DNA of 52,757 nt, taken from contig JBBRSB010000034.1 in assembly GCA_038245785.1 (NCBI GenBank), forward strand, positions 1 to 52,757, in the 5' to 3' direction. Each line of letters starts with the position of its first letter. Within the stretch, counting starts at the first letter, position 1. Origin of the DNA: Gloeobacterales cyanobacterium (lineage in GTDB: Bacteria; Cyanobacteriota; Cyanobacteriia; Gloeobacterales; PMM-0068). The translations under genes and the position numbers were made by a program. Of the stretch, positions 21,342 through 30,657 are shown piece by piece. The notes under the pieces were generated by a model that saw only the letters and a program-made list of their open reading frames with translations, searched no databases and was not told the origin of the DNA.

Positions 21342-22511
21342 GTGATGCAAAATATTCTTTTTTCACCTTTACCAAAGACTACAGTTTCACCAGACTCAAA
21401 AGTCCGTCTCAACTATTTACATGGGATTCGTGGGCTTGCTGCTCTATATGTAGTATTTTTTCATGTCTATCAAGACTACAAGGAATTGTTAGGGGAATCA
21501 GGGGCGATTCCTCTCTGGATAGAGAGCGGCCTAAAGCTATTTTCAGAGGGACGTGCGGCTGTTGCCGTATTCATCGTGCTTTCGGGCTACTGCTTGATGT
21601 TGCCCATAATCAGATCTTCAGACAAAAAGTTGCGGGGAGGATTTTGGGGTTACCTTAAGCGTCGCGCACAGCGAATTCTTCCACCCTATTATGCAGCCCT
21701 TGTCCTGTCCCTAATGCTGACAGCTGCTATACCCACAACGCTGATGCCTACAACCGGGTGGCAATGGACTGATGGACAGCCCTCTTTCACGCCTGGGGTT
21801 TTGCTTTCTCATATTTTTTTAGTGCATAATCTACACACCGACTGGATGTTCAAAATTGACCCTCCGATGTGGAGTGTGGCCCTAGAGTGGCAGATTTATT
21901 TTCTATTTCCAACCTTTTTGCTCCCTGTTTGGCGTCGGTTTGGCGTGACCCCTATGCTGACTACGGCTGCTGGACTCTCCTTGATCCTCCATGATCTTGT
22001 TCCTTTCTCTATTTTGATAACTCTTTTCGGCCTTGGAATGTTTGGAGCCATTATTGGATTTTCTAAGGATCTATCTTTAGCTCAGTGGCGGAAAAATGTC
22101 CCGTGGAGCAAGCTAAGTATTCTCTTCTTCCTCGGGTTCTTAGCTGCATCCGTCGTTAATCAAGATGCCACTGTTGTCAAGGATGCATTGATGGGATTAA
22201 GTTCTATCTGTTTAATCATTTTCTGTACAAACGCTTTAACTGAAGATAACGATATTCCGCGTCCCCTGATTATAAATTTGCTAGAATCTAAGGCTATGTT
22301 AACCCTTGGAATCTTCTCCTACAGCCTTTATTTGGTTCACTCTCTGGTCTTAGCGTTATGCCAATTAGTGGTTAACAACCTTGCTATATCCCTGGCCATA
22401 AAAGGGATAATTTTATTTACGGTGGTTCCATTAGCAAGCTTATATTTTGCCCATATTTTTCACATCCTATTTGAGCGACGCTTCATGTCTGAGTACTCCT
22501 ATAAAAAATAA
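21342..22511 (+). CDS. Acyltransferase family 3 (OafA-like)
   Basis: L.GIRGLAALYVVFFH, AV.VFIVLSGY, RRAQRILPPYY, WSVALEWQIY, SYSLYLVH. Confidence 0.93.
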   Translation: MMQNILFSPLPKTTVSPDSKVRLNYLHGIRGLAALYVVFFHVYQDYKELLGESGAIPLWIESGLKLFSEGRAAVAVFIVLSGYCLMLPIIRSSDKKLRGGFWGYLKRRAQRILPPYYAALVLSLMLTAAIPTTLMPTTGWQWTDGQPSFTPGVLLSHIFLVHNLHTDWMFKIDPPMWSVALEWQIYFLFPTFLLPVWRRFGVTPMLTTAAGLSLILHDLVPFSILITLFGLGMFGAIIGFSKDLSLAQWRKNVPWSKLSILFFLGFLAASVVNQDATVVKDALMGLSSICLIIFCTNALTEDNDIPRPLIINLLESKAMLTLGIFSYSLYLVHSLVLALCQLVVNNLAISLAIKGIILFTVVPLASLYFAHIFHILFERRFMSEYSYKK

Positions 22512-22681
22512 TAAGTTGTGAGTAGCGGTCTCTCTGATGGACCCCTTGTGGAATTATTATGAGTGTGCCGAACACCTTCAATTCAGCCTGATAGCAGGGC
22601 TGTTTCGGCGTTAAATTGTGCTGGATAGCCCGAGGAGATTACGACCCAAAGGTTATATTGGCCTAACTATGGGATGTTGTT

Positions 22682-23635
22682 ATGCAAGCAATGATTATTA
22701 CTGGTTTCGGTGGTCCGGATGTCTTTGAAGAACGTTATATTCCAAAGCCAGAGCCACAGGCTAACGAGATACTTGTCCGTGTACATGCCACCTCCGTCAA
22801 CCCTGTAGACTACAAAATCCGGCGTAACGGAGCATGGGCTGGAGTAGAACCTCCTGCCGTCATTGGCTATGACGTGGCTGGCGTGGTCGAAGAGGTTGGG
22901 CTAGGGGTCAAGAATTTCAAAATGGGAGATGAGGTTTTCTACACGCCCATCATTTTTGGCGGAGAGGGAAGCTATGCCGAATATCATGTCGTGGATGAAT
23001 CCATCGTTGCGCCCAAGCCTCGGAACCTCAGCTTTACGGAAGCCGCGAGTATCCCCTTAGCTGGTTGTACAGCGTGGGATGGAGTGGTCCGTTTGGCAAA
23101 AACACAGCCAGGGGAGACTATCTTGATCCATGCCGCAGCTGGGGGCGTTGGTTCTCTAGCGGTCCAAATTGCTAAGGCAGCAGGAGCGAGGGTTCTAGCG
23201 ACTTGTAGTAAGAAAAATATTGCGCTGGTCAAGTCTTTGGGGGCGGATGTCGTCATTGATTACCGAGCCGAGGACTTTGTGAAAGCTGTTTTGCTTGCAA
23301 CAGAAGACCAGGGGGTAGATATTGTCTACGACACGGTGGGTGGTGATACTTTAGCGAGGAGTATAGAGATTACTCGGCCATACGGACGCCTGATAAGCAT
23401 TGTGGATACCACGGGAGACCTGAATGGGGCGTATATCAAAAATCTAACGCTCTATTTCCTATTTCTGGAGAGAGCGAGCTACAAAATGGAAGCGCTACGC
23501 AACTTGATTGAGCAAGAACAACTGCATCCTGTGATTGACTCAGTATTGCCGCTCAATCAAGTAGCCAAAGCCCATCAACACTTAGAACGTGGTGGGGTTA
23601 AAGGAAAAATAGTGCTGGAAATTTCAGACAGCTGA
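22682..23635 (+). CDS. MDR-family NADPH:quinone oxidoreductase / zinc-binding dehydrogenase-like
   Basis: VHATSVNPVD, GSYAEY, HAAAGGVGS, GKIVL. Confidence 0.92.
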   Translation: MQAMIITGFGGPDVFEERYIPKPEPQANEILVRVHATSVNPVDYKIRRNGAWAGVEPPAVIGYDVAGVVEEVGLGVKNFKMGDEVFYTPIIFGGEGSYAEYHVVDESIVAPKPRNLSFTEAASIPLAGCTAWDGVVRLAKTQPGETILIHAAAGGVGSLAVQIAKAAGARVLATCSKKNIALVKSLGADVVIDYRAEDFVKAVLLATEDQGVDIVYDTVGGDTLARSIEITRPYGRLISIVDTTGDLNGAYIKNLTLYFLFLERASYKMEALRNLIEQEQLHPVIDSVLPLNQVAKAHQHLERGGVKGKIVLEISDS

Positions 23636-23641
23636 GGCTAA

Positions 23642-23935
23642 TTATTTGTGGCCCACATTGTCCACATAATTCTGCAAAATCTCTGTTAAAAAGCCTGCGC
23701 CCACGGGAGTGAGTTTTTCAAGGTGAGATGGTTTGGGGTCATGAACATGAGTCTTGTAAACCCGAAACTTTTCTCCCTCAAAGGCTGCTTCCACCCAGAT
23801 ATGCTCTCCTAGGCTGGGATATTCCACCAAACAAACGTCTTCCCCGGCTGGTTTGACTTCGAGGACGGGGTCCACTTTGTTGGCAACCTGGCGAACTTTG
23901 GAAATAAAAGCTTCAAAATCAAGCTTTGCGGTCAT
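23642..23935 (-). CDS. Hypothetical protein
   Basis: 97-aa ORF with ATG and GGAG-like RBS (TTGGAGTAGGAAAA); no motif recognised. Confidence 0.65.
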   Translation of the reverse strand: MTAKLDFEAFISKVRQVANKVDPVLEVKPAGEDVCLVEYPSLGEHIWVEAAFEGEKFRVYKTHVHDPKPSHLEKLTPVGAGFLTEILQNYVDNVGHK

Positions 23936-24033
23936 TTTTCCTACTCCAATGCTGACTATGTTCCTGCATCCATCATCCTGCTATGTTCTAGGACTTGCAA
24001 GTGATTAGGGGCTATAAGTGGATACCTAATCGC

Positions 24034-27027
24034 CTACGGATTGGTCAAAGGAGCATCGGTCGCAGGGGGAGTTGATGGTGTTGGAGGCGGAGCTGGATTG
24101 GAAGGCAGTCCTGGGATAATTGGCTCCAAGGGAGTCTGATTCTCTAAAGCTCTTTGTCTTTCTTCTTCTAAGCGTTGCCTTTCCTGCTCTTGCTCCCGTC
24201 GCTGTCTTGCTTCTATCCGTTCTCTAGATCGGTCTTCCCTCGCCTGGATTTCGGCTGCGATCGGGCTGAAATCGACGCCTTCTGCGGTGAGGGGAAGGGA
24301 GCCAGAAAAGTCGGGCAGATCTCCGGATGGACTCTTGACTTGCATATCGGCCAAGACGATACCACCTTTCACTTTGGGCTTATTCGGATTGCCCGTCAGC
24401 GTGATGTTGAGCGCGGTTTGGCCACCCACCGCGTTCAACTCGACGGCCCCAGGAATGAGGAGATAGAGCTGGTCGAAGTCTAAGGGGGCTGTCGCTAGGC
24501 GCAAGTCTAGATTAGGAGATGGACGACCCGCCTGAGCTATTCTACCCGTCATACTGACAAGGGTTTCAGGAGTGGAGAGGTCTGCTCGTTCTACCGCTAG
24601 TTGGTCTCCATCTACCGTCAGGTCTACATCCAAGGTGCGGGTTCCATTAAGCGCAAGCGCTCTTCCCCAACCCAAGTTTCCTACCTGACTGAGATCCATA
24701 GACCCAGTGACTAAGGTTTGGCTACCGCGCCGCTGTATACGAGCACTGTAAGGTGCGATACCATCTCCCTGAAGCAGTTCTCGATACCGCTGTGGGAGTA
24801 ACGCTTTAATTTGAGGGAAAGATGCCCGTCCCTGCAGATCTCCAGAAAGGGCACTGGAAGCGAGTAGGCCATCGAATTTGAAACTACCTCCGACCATTTG
24901 ACCTGTGATGTTTTGAAACTGTACTCCATCCCCAGAGAGTCCAAGGGTTCCTTGGAGTTCGTTCAGAGGGGCAGCAAGCCAGGAAAGGGTCGCTTTTGCT
25001 CCAGGCTTGAAGGCTACTTGGCCGGTTAGGGTCTGGTCCTGAATCCGAATAGCAGCCTGTGCCTTCCCACTCAGGGCCAGCAGGGTATTCTTGACACCTT
25101 GGCGGATGAACGGTGCAAATAAATCAGAGGCAAGTAGCGCCCGACCTAAGGCCAAGTCTAGATTTTCACTCCTGACGTCTAAAAGTCGAGTATTCCCTCG
25201 AAACTGTCCTGCTAGGGTGAAGGGGGCATCATCTACCCGTCCCTGCACATTAGAGAATGAAGTAAGAGTGGGTGTAAAGTTGACCGTGCCCGTGACATTT
25301 CTAACGGGTTTAGGCAAGCGAGAATCCTGGATTTCCACATTCTGTACCGCTAATAGCCCGGTCAAGGCAGGATTTGCCAAGGTTCCTTCTATCTTCAGGT
25401 CTACATTGCCTTTGCCGGTGGCCTTGCTCAGGGTTAGAGGAAGGGCTAGGGCGCCTAGGCGCTTGTCACGCAGGAGGCTACGGCCTGCATCCAGGTCAAG
25501 CTCTGGAGCCTTCACCGTCAGAGCCAATTGCGGTCCAGTAGCCCCCGCAATCAGAACCTCTGAGTTTCCCACCTGCATTCTTACTCCCTCGGATTGAATA
25601 CCCCCTTCCTGTTTAAACACCAAAGGGCCTTCTATCTTTTCTATAGGACGAGCGAAGCCCGGACCTTTGTAATCCAAACCGCGAAGATCGATACGTCCTG
25701 TGGTGGAGGTAGGTGTGTATGGACTATCTGACTTGCCCTTTCCGGCAGCAAGATAGCCTTTGAACTGCATATCAGCTGCCAAGGTTCCCTGACCGCTACT
25801 TTGATATAGCCAAGAATAAAGATTTTTGCCGAACAACCCAGCGGGCATATTTTGGCGAGCAAGAAAAGGATCTAAGTCACGGGTTTTTAATTTGAGGTCT
25901 AATACGCCCGTAGTCCCTGGAGGAACGGCACTTTTATCCGGAGTAGTAACGGAGCCATACATCTCTACGCGGGCCCCATCGGCTTCCAAGTTAATGGTAT
26001 CGAGCCTGATGGCCTTAGGCGTGACTCCCACCTTGAAATCGGTGGTTAGATTCTTGCTGGACCAGGGCAAGGAACCAAAAGTCTGGGGCCAGTACCAATC
26101 CATATTCTCAACCGTGGATTTTCCTTGTACTTGATAATCCTGCCCAACAGTGCCTTTGACCTGAAAATCAGCCTTGACCTTGCCATATAGTCCTCTCAAA
26201 CTCTCAAGGGGCTGCAGATAGGCTTGAAAGAGCTGAGGCTGCAGTTCCTGCACTTTGACCTGTAGATCTCCCCCCCAGCCGTCGAAGCTTCCGGTTGCGG
26301 CTTTAGGAGGCGTGACAGAACCTTCCATGGTGATGAAAGCAGTTTTACGGTCTTCCGTTAGATTTCCTTGCAGGCTAATCGGTAATTTCTCTCCTGCTAA
26401 GGCTGCCAGGTCAACGTCCATATTGGTCATGCGGAATACTTTGGCTGGACTTATTCCTTGGTCGATGACATTGATCTCTGCATGGTGCAGGGCCAGGCCC
26501 GTGCGCTCTAAGTCTAAGGCGACCTGCGGGGTCTCAATAGGCTTGTCCAAAAGGTCTGTGAAACTCCAGTTTCCCTCTGCGTCGCGTTGGGCGTTGATCA
26601 CGACTTGGTCTAGAACGAAGCGTTTAATCACCAACCGCCCAAAGAGCAAAGAGAAAAAGTCAACCTCTGCTTCTGCGTCCCGAGCTGCCAAATCTACCAA
26701 TTCCCGTTTGCCGTAGAGAGACTGCCTGACCAAGACCAGCTTGTTAGCCGTGAGCGCTGCTGAACCCCAGGTTTTTAATTTGAGGTCTCCAATCTCTACA
26801 TCCCGCTGCGTAGCCTGGGATAATGCTTGGCGGAACGTCTCTTTATAGGCGTTGGGATTGACCCAGATAGAGAAAATGACATTGATCAGGATGAACAGTA
26901 GTGCAGCAATGCCGGCTATTTTTAAAAGCAAACTTGCCCATGACGGAAACCTCAGATTCTTAATGAAACTGGAGTCGATAGGGCTTATACCCTCAGACTG
27001 GGCTGTATCTGTTGGTTTGGGAGGCAT
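24034..27027 (-). CDS. AsmA/YhdP/TamB-like bridge protein
   Basis: N-terminal TM anchor, AsmA-like start (L.QAT.R.V.IG.L, RDAEGNWSF.DLL), repeated beta-rich units, G..xNP motifs, charged helical segment and Pro-rich tail. Confidence 0.82.
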   Translation of the reverse strand: MPPKPTDTAQSEGISPIDSSFIKNLRFPSWASLLLKIAGIAALLFILINVIFSIWVNPNAYKETFRQALSQATQRDVEIGDLKLKTWGSAALTANKLVLVRQSLYGKRELVDLAARDAEAEVDFFSLLFGRLVIKRFVLDQVVINAQRDAEGNWSFTDLLDKPIETPQVALDLERTGLALHHAEINVIDQGISPAKVFRMTNMDVDLAALAGEKLPISLQGNLTEDRKTAFITMEGSVTPPKAATGSFDGWGGDLQVKVQELQPQLFQAYLQPLESLRGLYGKVKADFQVKGTVGQDYQVQGKSTVENMDWYWPQTFGSLPWSSKNLTTDFKVGVTPKAIRLDTINLEADGARVEMYGSVTTPDKSAVPPGTTGVLDLKLKTRDLDPFLARQNMPAGLFGKNLYSWLYQSSGQGTLAADMQFKGYLAAGKGKSDSPYTPTSTTGRIDLRGLDYKGPGFARPIEKIEGPLVFKQEGGIQSEGVRMQVGNSEVLIAGATGPQLALTVKAPELDLDAGRSLLRDKRLGALALPLTLSKATGKGNVDLKIEGTLANPALTGLLAVQNVEIQDSRLPKPVRNVTGTVNFTPTLTSFSNVQGRVDDAPFTLAGQFRGNTRLLDVRSENLDLALGRALLASDLFAPFIRQGVKNTLLALSGKAQAAIRIQDQTLTGQVAFKPGAKATLSWLAAPLNELQGTLGLSGDGVQFQNITGQMVGGSFKFDGLLASSALSGDLQGRASFPQIKALLPQRYRELLQGDGIAPYSARIQRRGSQTLVTGSMDLSQVGNLGWGRALALNGTRTLDVDLTVDGDQLAVERADLSTPETLVSMTGRIAQAGRPSPNLDLRLATAPLDFDQLYLLIPGAVELNAVGGQTALNITLTGNPNKPKVKGGIVLADMQVKSPSGDLPDFSGSLPLTAEGVDFSPIAAEIQAREDRSRERIEARQRREQEQERQRLEEERQRALENQTPLEPIIPGLPSNPAPPPTPSTPPATDAPLTNP

Positions 27028-27089
27028 GTAACAGAAAATAACAAACGTATGGGCTATAGATCTGTGCTGTGGAAAGAGTTCATCCCATA

Positions 27090-27527
27090 TCAGCTGTGTG
27101 GAATGGGTAGACCATCCTTTTGACGATCAAGTTCAAAATCTGGCTCGAGGAAATCGAGAATATCTGATGGCTGGCGCACCTCCAAAATATCGTTCTTCTC
27201 ATCTACTAAGACTACCTTGGGCCGGTGGGATTTCAACTCTTCAGAAGATAGCTGACCATAGGCAATAATGATCACCCGGTCCCCTGGCCGACAGTGATGG
27301 GCTGCCGCCCCATTGATAGCCACCGTTCCAGAGTGTCTAGGCGCTGTCATCGCGTAGGTGATCAGACGCTGGCCATTGGTTATGTTAACGATGTGAACCT
27401 GCTCATAGGGAACTATTGCAGCCGCCTCTAGCAGCTGGGTATCAATACTGACACTACCCACATAGTCTATGTGCGCATCGGTGACTGTTGCTCGATGAAT
27501 TTTACCCGTGAGGATGTGGTGCAACAT
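27090..27527 (-). CDS. panD: Aspartate 1-decarboxylase
   Basis: [12 protein letters not shown] self-cleavage site, TY, INGAAA. Confidence 0.97.
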   Translation of the reverse strand: MLHHILTGKIHRATVTDAHIDYVGSVSIDTQLLEAAAIVPYEQVHIVNITNGQRLITYAMTAPRHSGTVAINGAAAHHCRPGDRVIIIAYGQLSSEELKSHRPKVVLVDEKNDILEVRQPSDILDFLEPDFELDRQKDGLPIPHS

Positions 27528-27566
27528 GCTTTCAGTATCGCACTGTATATCCCTGCTTTAAAGGCG

Positions 27567-28223
27567 TTAGCGCTCTAAGAAGTCAAAGTCACTGAGATCG
27601 AGGTTACTATCCAAAATCTTGGGGCTGACATACCAGCAGCGATCCTCTCCTACCCAGAATAAAGAACCTTGTCTTAAGATTCCTAAAAATCGGGTGACGG
27701 TAACACGGGTAGCGCCGAGGACATTAGCAATTTGCTGATGCGTCAGATGAACATCAATTGCAATCCCCTCAGGGGTCTGTTGGCCAAACTCACGGGCCAA
27801 AAAACTGAGGAATCCCACCAAACGGTCTCCAATCTGCCTTCTGCCCAAAAGGGCTAGGAGCGACTCTGTTTGGCGTATACGCAGAGCCAACAGTTGATTC
27901 ATCTCCGTCGAGAGACGGAGAGACGCATGGATCTCTTGCCAGGTTAAACGCAGTAGATCTACGTCCGTTAGAGCATAGGTGTCATAGGCTTCCAGGGTCG
28001 TAAACTTTTGAGCCAGAGGCATCATCGGCCCAATGAGACTGATGATCGATTCATCACCACTGGGATGTAGCGTTTGTACCTGCACAATGCCGCGATAAAT
28101 AATCCAGACATCATCTCGACATAGCGGAATGGTTTTCCCTGCACGGTAGTGCCAAAGGTTGCGCTCTTGATAGAGCTCCTCTAGCAGAGTGCGCAGAGAT
28201 TCTCTACTAGTAAGGGCCATCAT
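27567..28223 (-). CDS. Crp/Fnr-family regulator (CysR-like), paralogue A
   Basis: Truncated cNMP domain, LTHQQIANVLGATRVTVTR HTH. Confidence 0.9.
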   Translation of the reverse strand: MMALTSRESLRTLLEELYQERNLWHYRAGKTIPLCRDDVWIIYRGIVQVQTLHPSGDESIISLIGPMMPLAQKFTTLEAYDTYALTDVDLLRLTWQEIHASLRLSTEMNQLLALRIRQTESLLALLGRRQIGDRLVGFLSFLAREFGQQTPEGIAIDVHLTHQQIANVLGATRVTVTRFLGILRQGSLFWVGEDRCWYVSPKILDSNLDLSDFDFLER

Positions 28224-28329
28224 AAAACTCCATAGGGCAGTATTGTGTCTGTTCGAATCACGATATCCTTACCCAAAATCATCTGTAACAGTGCTTGTAC
28301 GGAGGGGATATAAATTTTTGATAGGCACT

Positions 28330-28351
28330 AAAAAGCCTCTGTAGAAGAGGC
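28330..28351 (-). terminator. Intrinsic terminator between the two crp paralogues
   Basis: Minus strand GCCTCT-TCTAC-AGAGGC-TTTTT. Confidence 0.6.
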
Positions 28352-28458
28352 ATTCTTTTCTTATTTGTATTAACTGTCGATAGTCAAAAATTTCACTTCT
28401 CTCGCCTACAGTATCTGATTGAATGCCCGGTTCGTAGTCGCATTCATGGAGAAATAGG

Positions 28459-29100
28459 CTAGACAGAAGGAACGAGATTTAGACCCAAATCAGATAGTGA
28501 AACCCCGTGGTTGAGGCACAGACGATGACCAGTCCCCTTCGTCAAAATAGATCTTTTCTTGAAGGTACCGAGCAGGCGCGTTACCGTAACCCGAGTTGTA
28601 CCGACGATGTTTGCGATCTGTTGGTGAGTCAGGCGAACATCTAGAAATATTCCCTTGGGCGTTTCTTGACCAAATTCACGGGCCAGAAAAGCTAAAAAGC
28701 CCAGTAGGCGATCACTTGTTTGTCGCTTGCCCAAGAGAGCAAGCAGAGATTCCGTTTGGCGTAAACGCTTAGCTAAGAGCTGATTCATATCCATAGCTAA
28801 CCGAGGTGAATCTTGAACATCACGCCAGTTCAGGCGCAATAAATCCACATCCGTCAAAGCGATCGCTGAGTAAGACTCTAAGGTCGTAAATTTCTTTGCT
28901 AGCGGCATCATCGGTCCGATCAAGCCCAGAATGGACTCATCCCCACTGGGATGTATGGTTTGGGTTTGAACAATGCCACGGTAGACAATCCAGATATCAT
29001 CCTTATGTAAAGGAATCACATGGCCTGTCTTGTAGTGCCACAGGGTACGCTCCTGGTATAGCTCTTCAAGTAGTCGCAGGGAGTCAGTACGAGAAACCAT
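28459..29100 (-). CDS. Crp/Fnr-family regulator (CysR-like), paralogue B
   Basis: LTHQQIANIVGTTRVTVTR HTH; clearly paralogous to 27567..28223. Confidence 0.9.
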   Translation of the reverse strand: MVSRTDSLRLLEELYQERTLWHYKTGHVIPLHKDDIWIVYRGIVQTQTIHPSGDESILGLIGPMMPLAKKFTTLESYSAIALTDVDLLRLNWRDVQDSPRLAMDMNQLLAKRLRQTESLLALLGKRQTSDRLLGFLAFLAREFGQETPKGIFLDVRLTHQQIANIVGTTRVTVTRLLGTFKKRSILTKGTGHRLCLNHGVSLSDLGLNLVPSV

Positions 29101-29179
29101 GCATGAATCTCCTTAGCGTGAGGAATATAGGCCCAACGGGCATTTGCTAGTTGAGAACGATAGCAACAACCCTACCCCT

Positions 29180-29395
29180 GCTTGTGTCACTTGGGTACAG
29201 TATTTACACTTAGCTAACCTGCTTAGGATATTAGCGAAATCATTGCTGGCAGATAATCCTAGCCATCGTTTCCCTTCAACGTAAGCTGACGTGTATAAAA
29301 CACAAACCTGGTCTCAAGAGACTAAACCTCTTGGCTCAGGCTGGCGTTACTCTAGCCTTGGTAGGTAAAGAATTAGTAAAGGACGCGCAACAATT
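29180..29395 (+). ncRNA. Candidate structured ncRNA, possibly 6S RNA-like
   Basis: The 3' segment GTAGGTAAAGAATTAGTAAAGG...GCAAC resembles cyanobacterial 6S 3' ends as recalled. Long-range pairings ACCTGC/GTAGGT and TTTAC/GTAAA are possible. Boundaries are uncertain. Confidence 0.3.
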
Positions 29396-29430
29396 TATAC
29401 ATGTTGTCAAACGTGTCACGGTTCTGCAAT

Positions 29431-29934
29431 TCAAAGACTAACTTGAGTTTTGCGCCTTCTAGCGCGGAAACGAGGCACTGCCCATAGCATTCCGAAGTAG
29501 CATCCTACCGAAGCAACAGCTCCGAATAATAGAGGAAAAACAACAATTGCCAAAATGAGATCTTGGCCCATATTTCGTAGATTCTCGAAGGAGCTTAGAG
29601 CCGCCAAAACATCTTTTGGATCCAATCCCAAAATCATGGCCCCTAGAAAGGCAAACCCTGTTGGGGCGGGCAAGATACCAATTAAAAGGGCTCCTAGGGT
29701 GGCAGCAAGCGCATTAGCACGGAATACGGGAGCTAGCAGCAAAGCTACGGGGGTCGCTAGACCAAATGTCGGTACGGAAGTCACCCAACAGCCCAAGGCG
29801 ACTCCCCTGGCAATCTTTTCTGGAGCATCTTGGATGCGAACTAAGCGCAAAATCTGTAACCGGGCGCTATGCAAAATATTTCTTTTCCGCAGTTGGGGCT
29901 CACGTTTTGAGTCTTTGCTGGGGCTTGCCATCAT
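29431..29934 (-). CDS. DUF2062 membrane protein
   Basis: D.PEKIARGVALG.W....P.FG, RAN.LAA..G. Confidence 0.85.
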   Translation of the reverse strand: MMASPSKDSKREPQLRKRNILHSARLQILRLVRIQDAPEKIARGVALGCWVTSVPTFGLATPVALLLAPVFRANALAATLGALLIGILPAPTGFAFLGAMILGLDPKDVLAALSSFENLRNMGQDLILAIVVFPLLFGAVASVGCYFGMLWAVPRFRARRRKTQVSL

Positions 29935-30034
29935 CCGCTCCTATACTTCTTTCAGCATAGCCTCAGGCAACTTATGATGCCTAGAGCGCAGATGGATATA
30001 CATCAAATTTAGACGAGTTAGCTTGCAGAGCAAT

Positions 30035-30337
30035 CTAAGATTGGCTGCCTAGCTGATTGCTGTACATACTATTTTGAAGAGCGCATGCTGCCGTTCGCCG
30101 CACTTTCTGAAAACGTGCTGAATGCACTAGGGGCATGACAGCAACGGGACCCCAAACGTGGATATACCAACAAAGGTGTTCATAAAGCCGAGGAGATTCA
30201 TCTTGGACATTAAGCAGATGATGAATATATTCTTCTTCAGCGGTAGAACGTGCACTTGCTGAGGCTGGACGAATGGGGATCAGAGTTTTCACACGTTTCT
30301 CCTGAGCAAAGATAGAAGGATTTAAATGTCTGTTCAA
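30035..30337 (-). CDS. Hypothetical protein
   Basis: 100-aa ORF with TTG start; no motif recognised. Confidence 0.4.
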   Translation of the reverse strand: MNRHLNPSIFAQEKRVKTLIPIRPASASARSTAEEEYIHHLLNVQDESPRLYEHLCWYIHVWGPVAVMPLVHSARFQKVRRTAACALQNSMYSNQLGSQS

Positions 30338-30541
30338 GCTAGGAGCAAAAGAACTTTGTTAAGAGCGGATTAAAATTGTTGCCTATGTGTATCTTAAACT
30401 GCTTTTTTTATTTAGGAACACCTATGGAATCTCGGCATGTAAAATTTTATGAAAGTGGAACTAAATGGTCTAAGTCTTGCCCCGTAATGATCCCCTTAGC
30501 ACAAAAAGTATTTGAGCATGTGAAAAATCTTAAGTTCAAAA

Positions 30542-30590
30542 CTTTAAGAGATGTGAAAAACTTCCCGGAAACTAGTTACATCTCTTAAAG
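30542..30590. repeat. 13-bp perfect inverted repeat with 23-nt spacer
   Basis: CTTTAAGAGATGT (30542-30554) and ACATCTCTTAAAG (30578-30590). Confidence 0.85.
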
Positions 30591-30657
30591 AGATGACTGG
30601 ATTTTTGGTTTCAAAGAGAGTATAGCCTCGTTTGTATTTCACTGTCTATTGGCAGTT

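Noticed and set aside
28224..29220. NtcA or CRP boxes upstream of the crp paralogues
   Set aside because: Candidates have the wrong spacing (GTA-N10-TAC, GTA-N7-TAC).
30376..30588. 70-aa ORF
   Set aside because: TTG start, no RBS or motif, and it spans an AT-rich region containing the inverted repeat.
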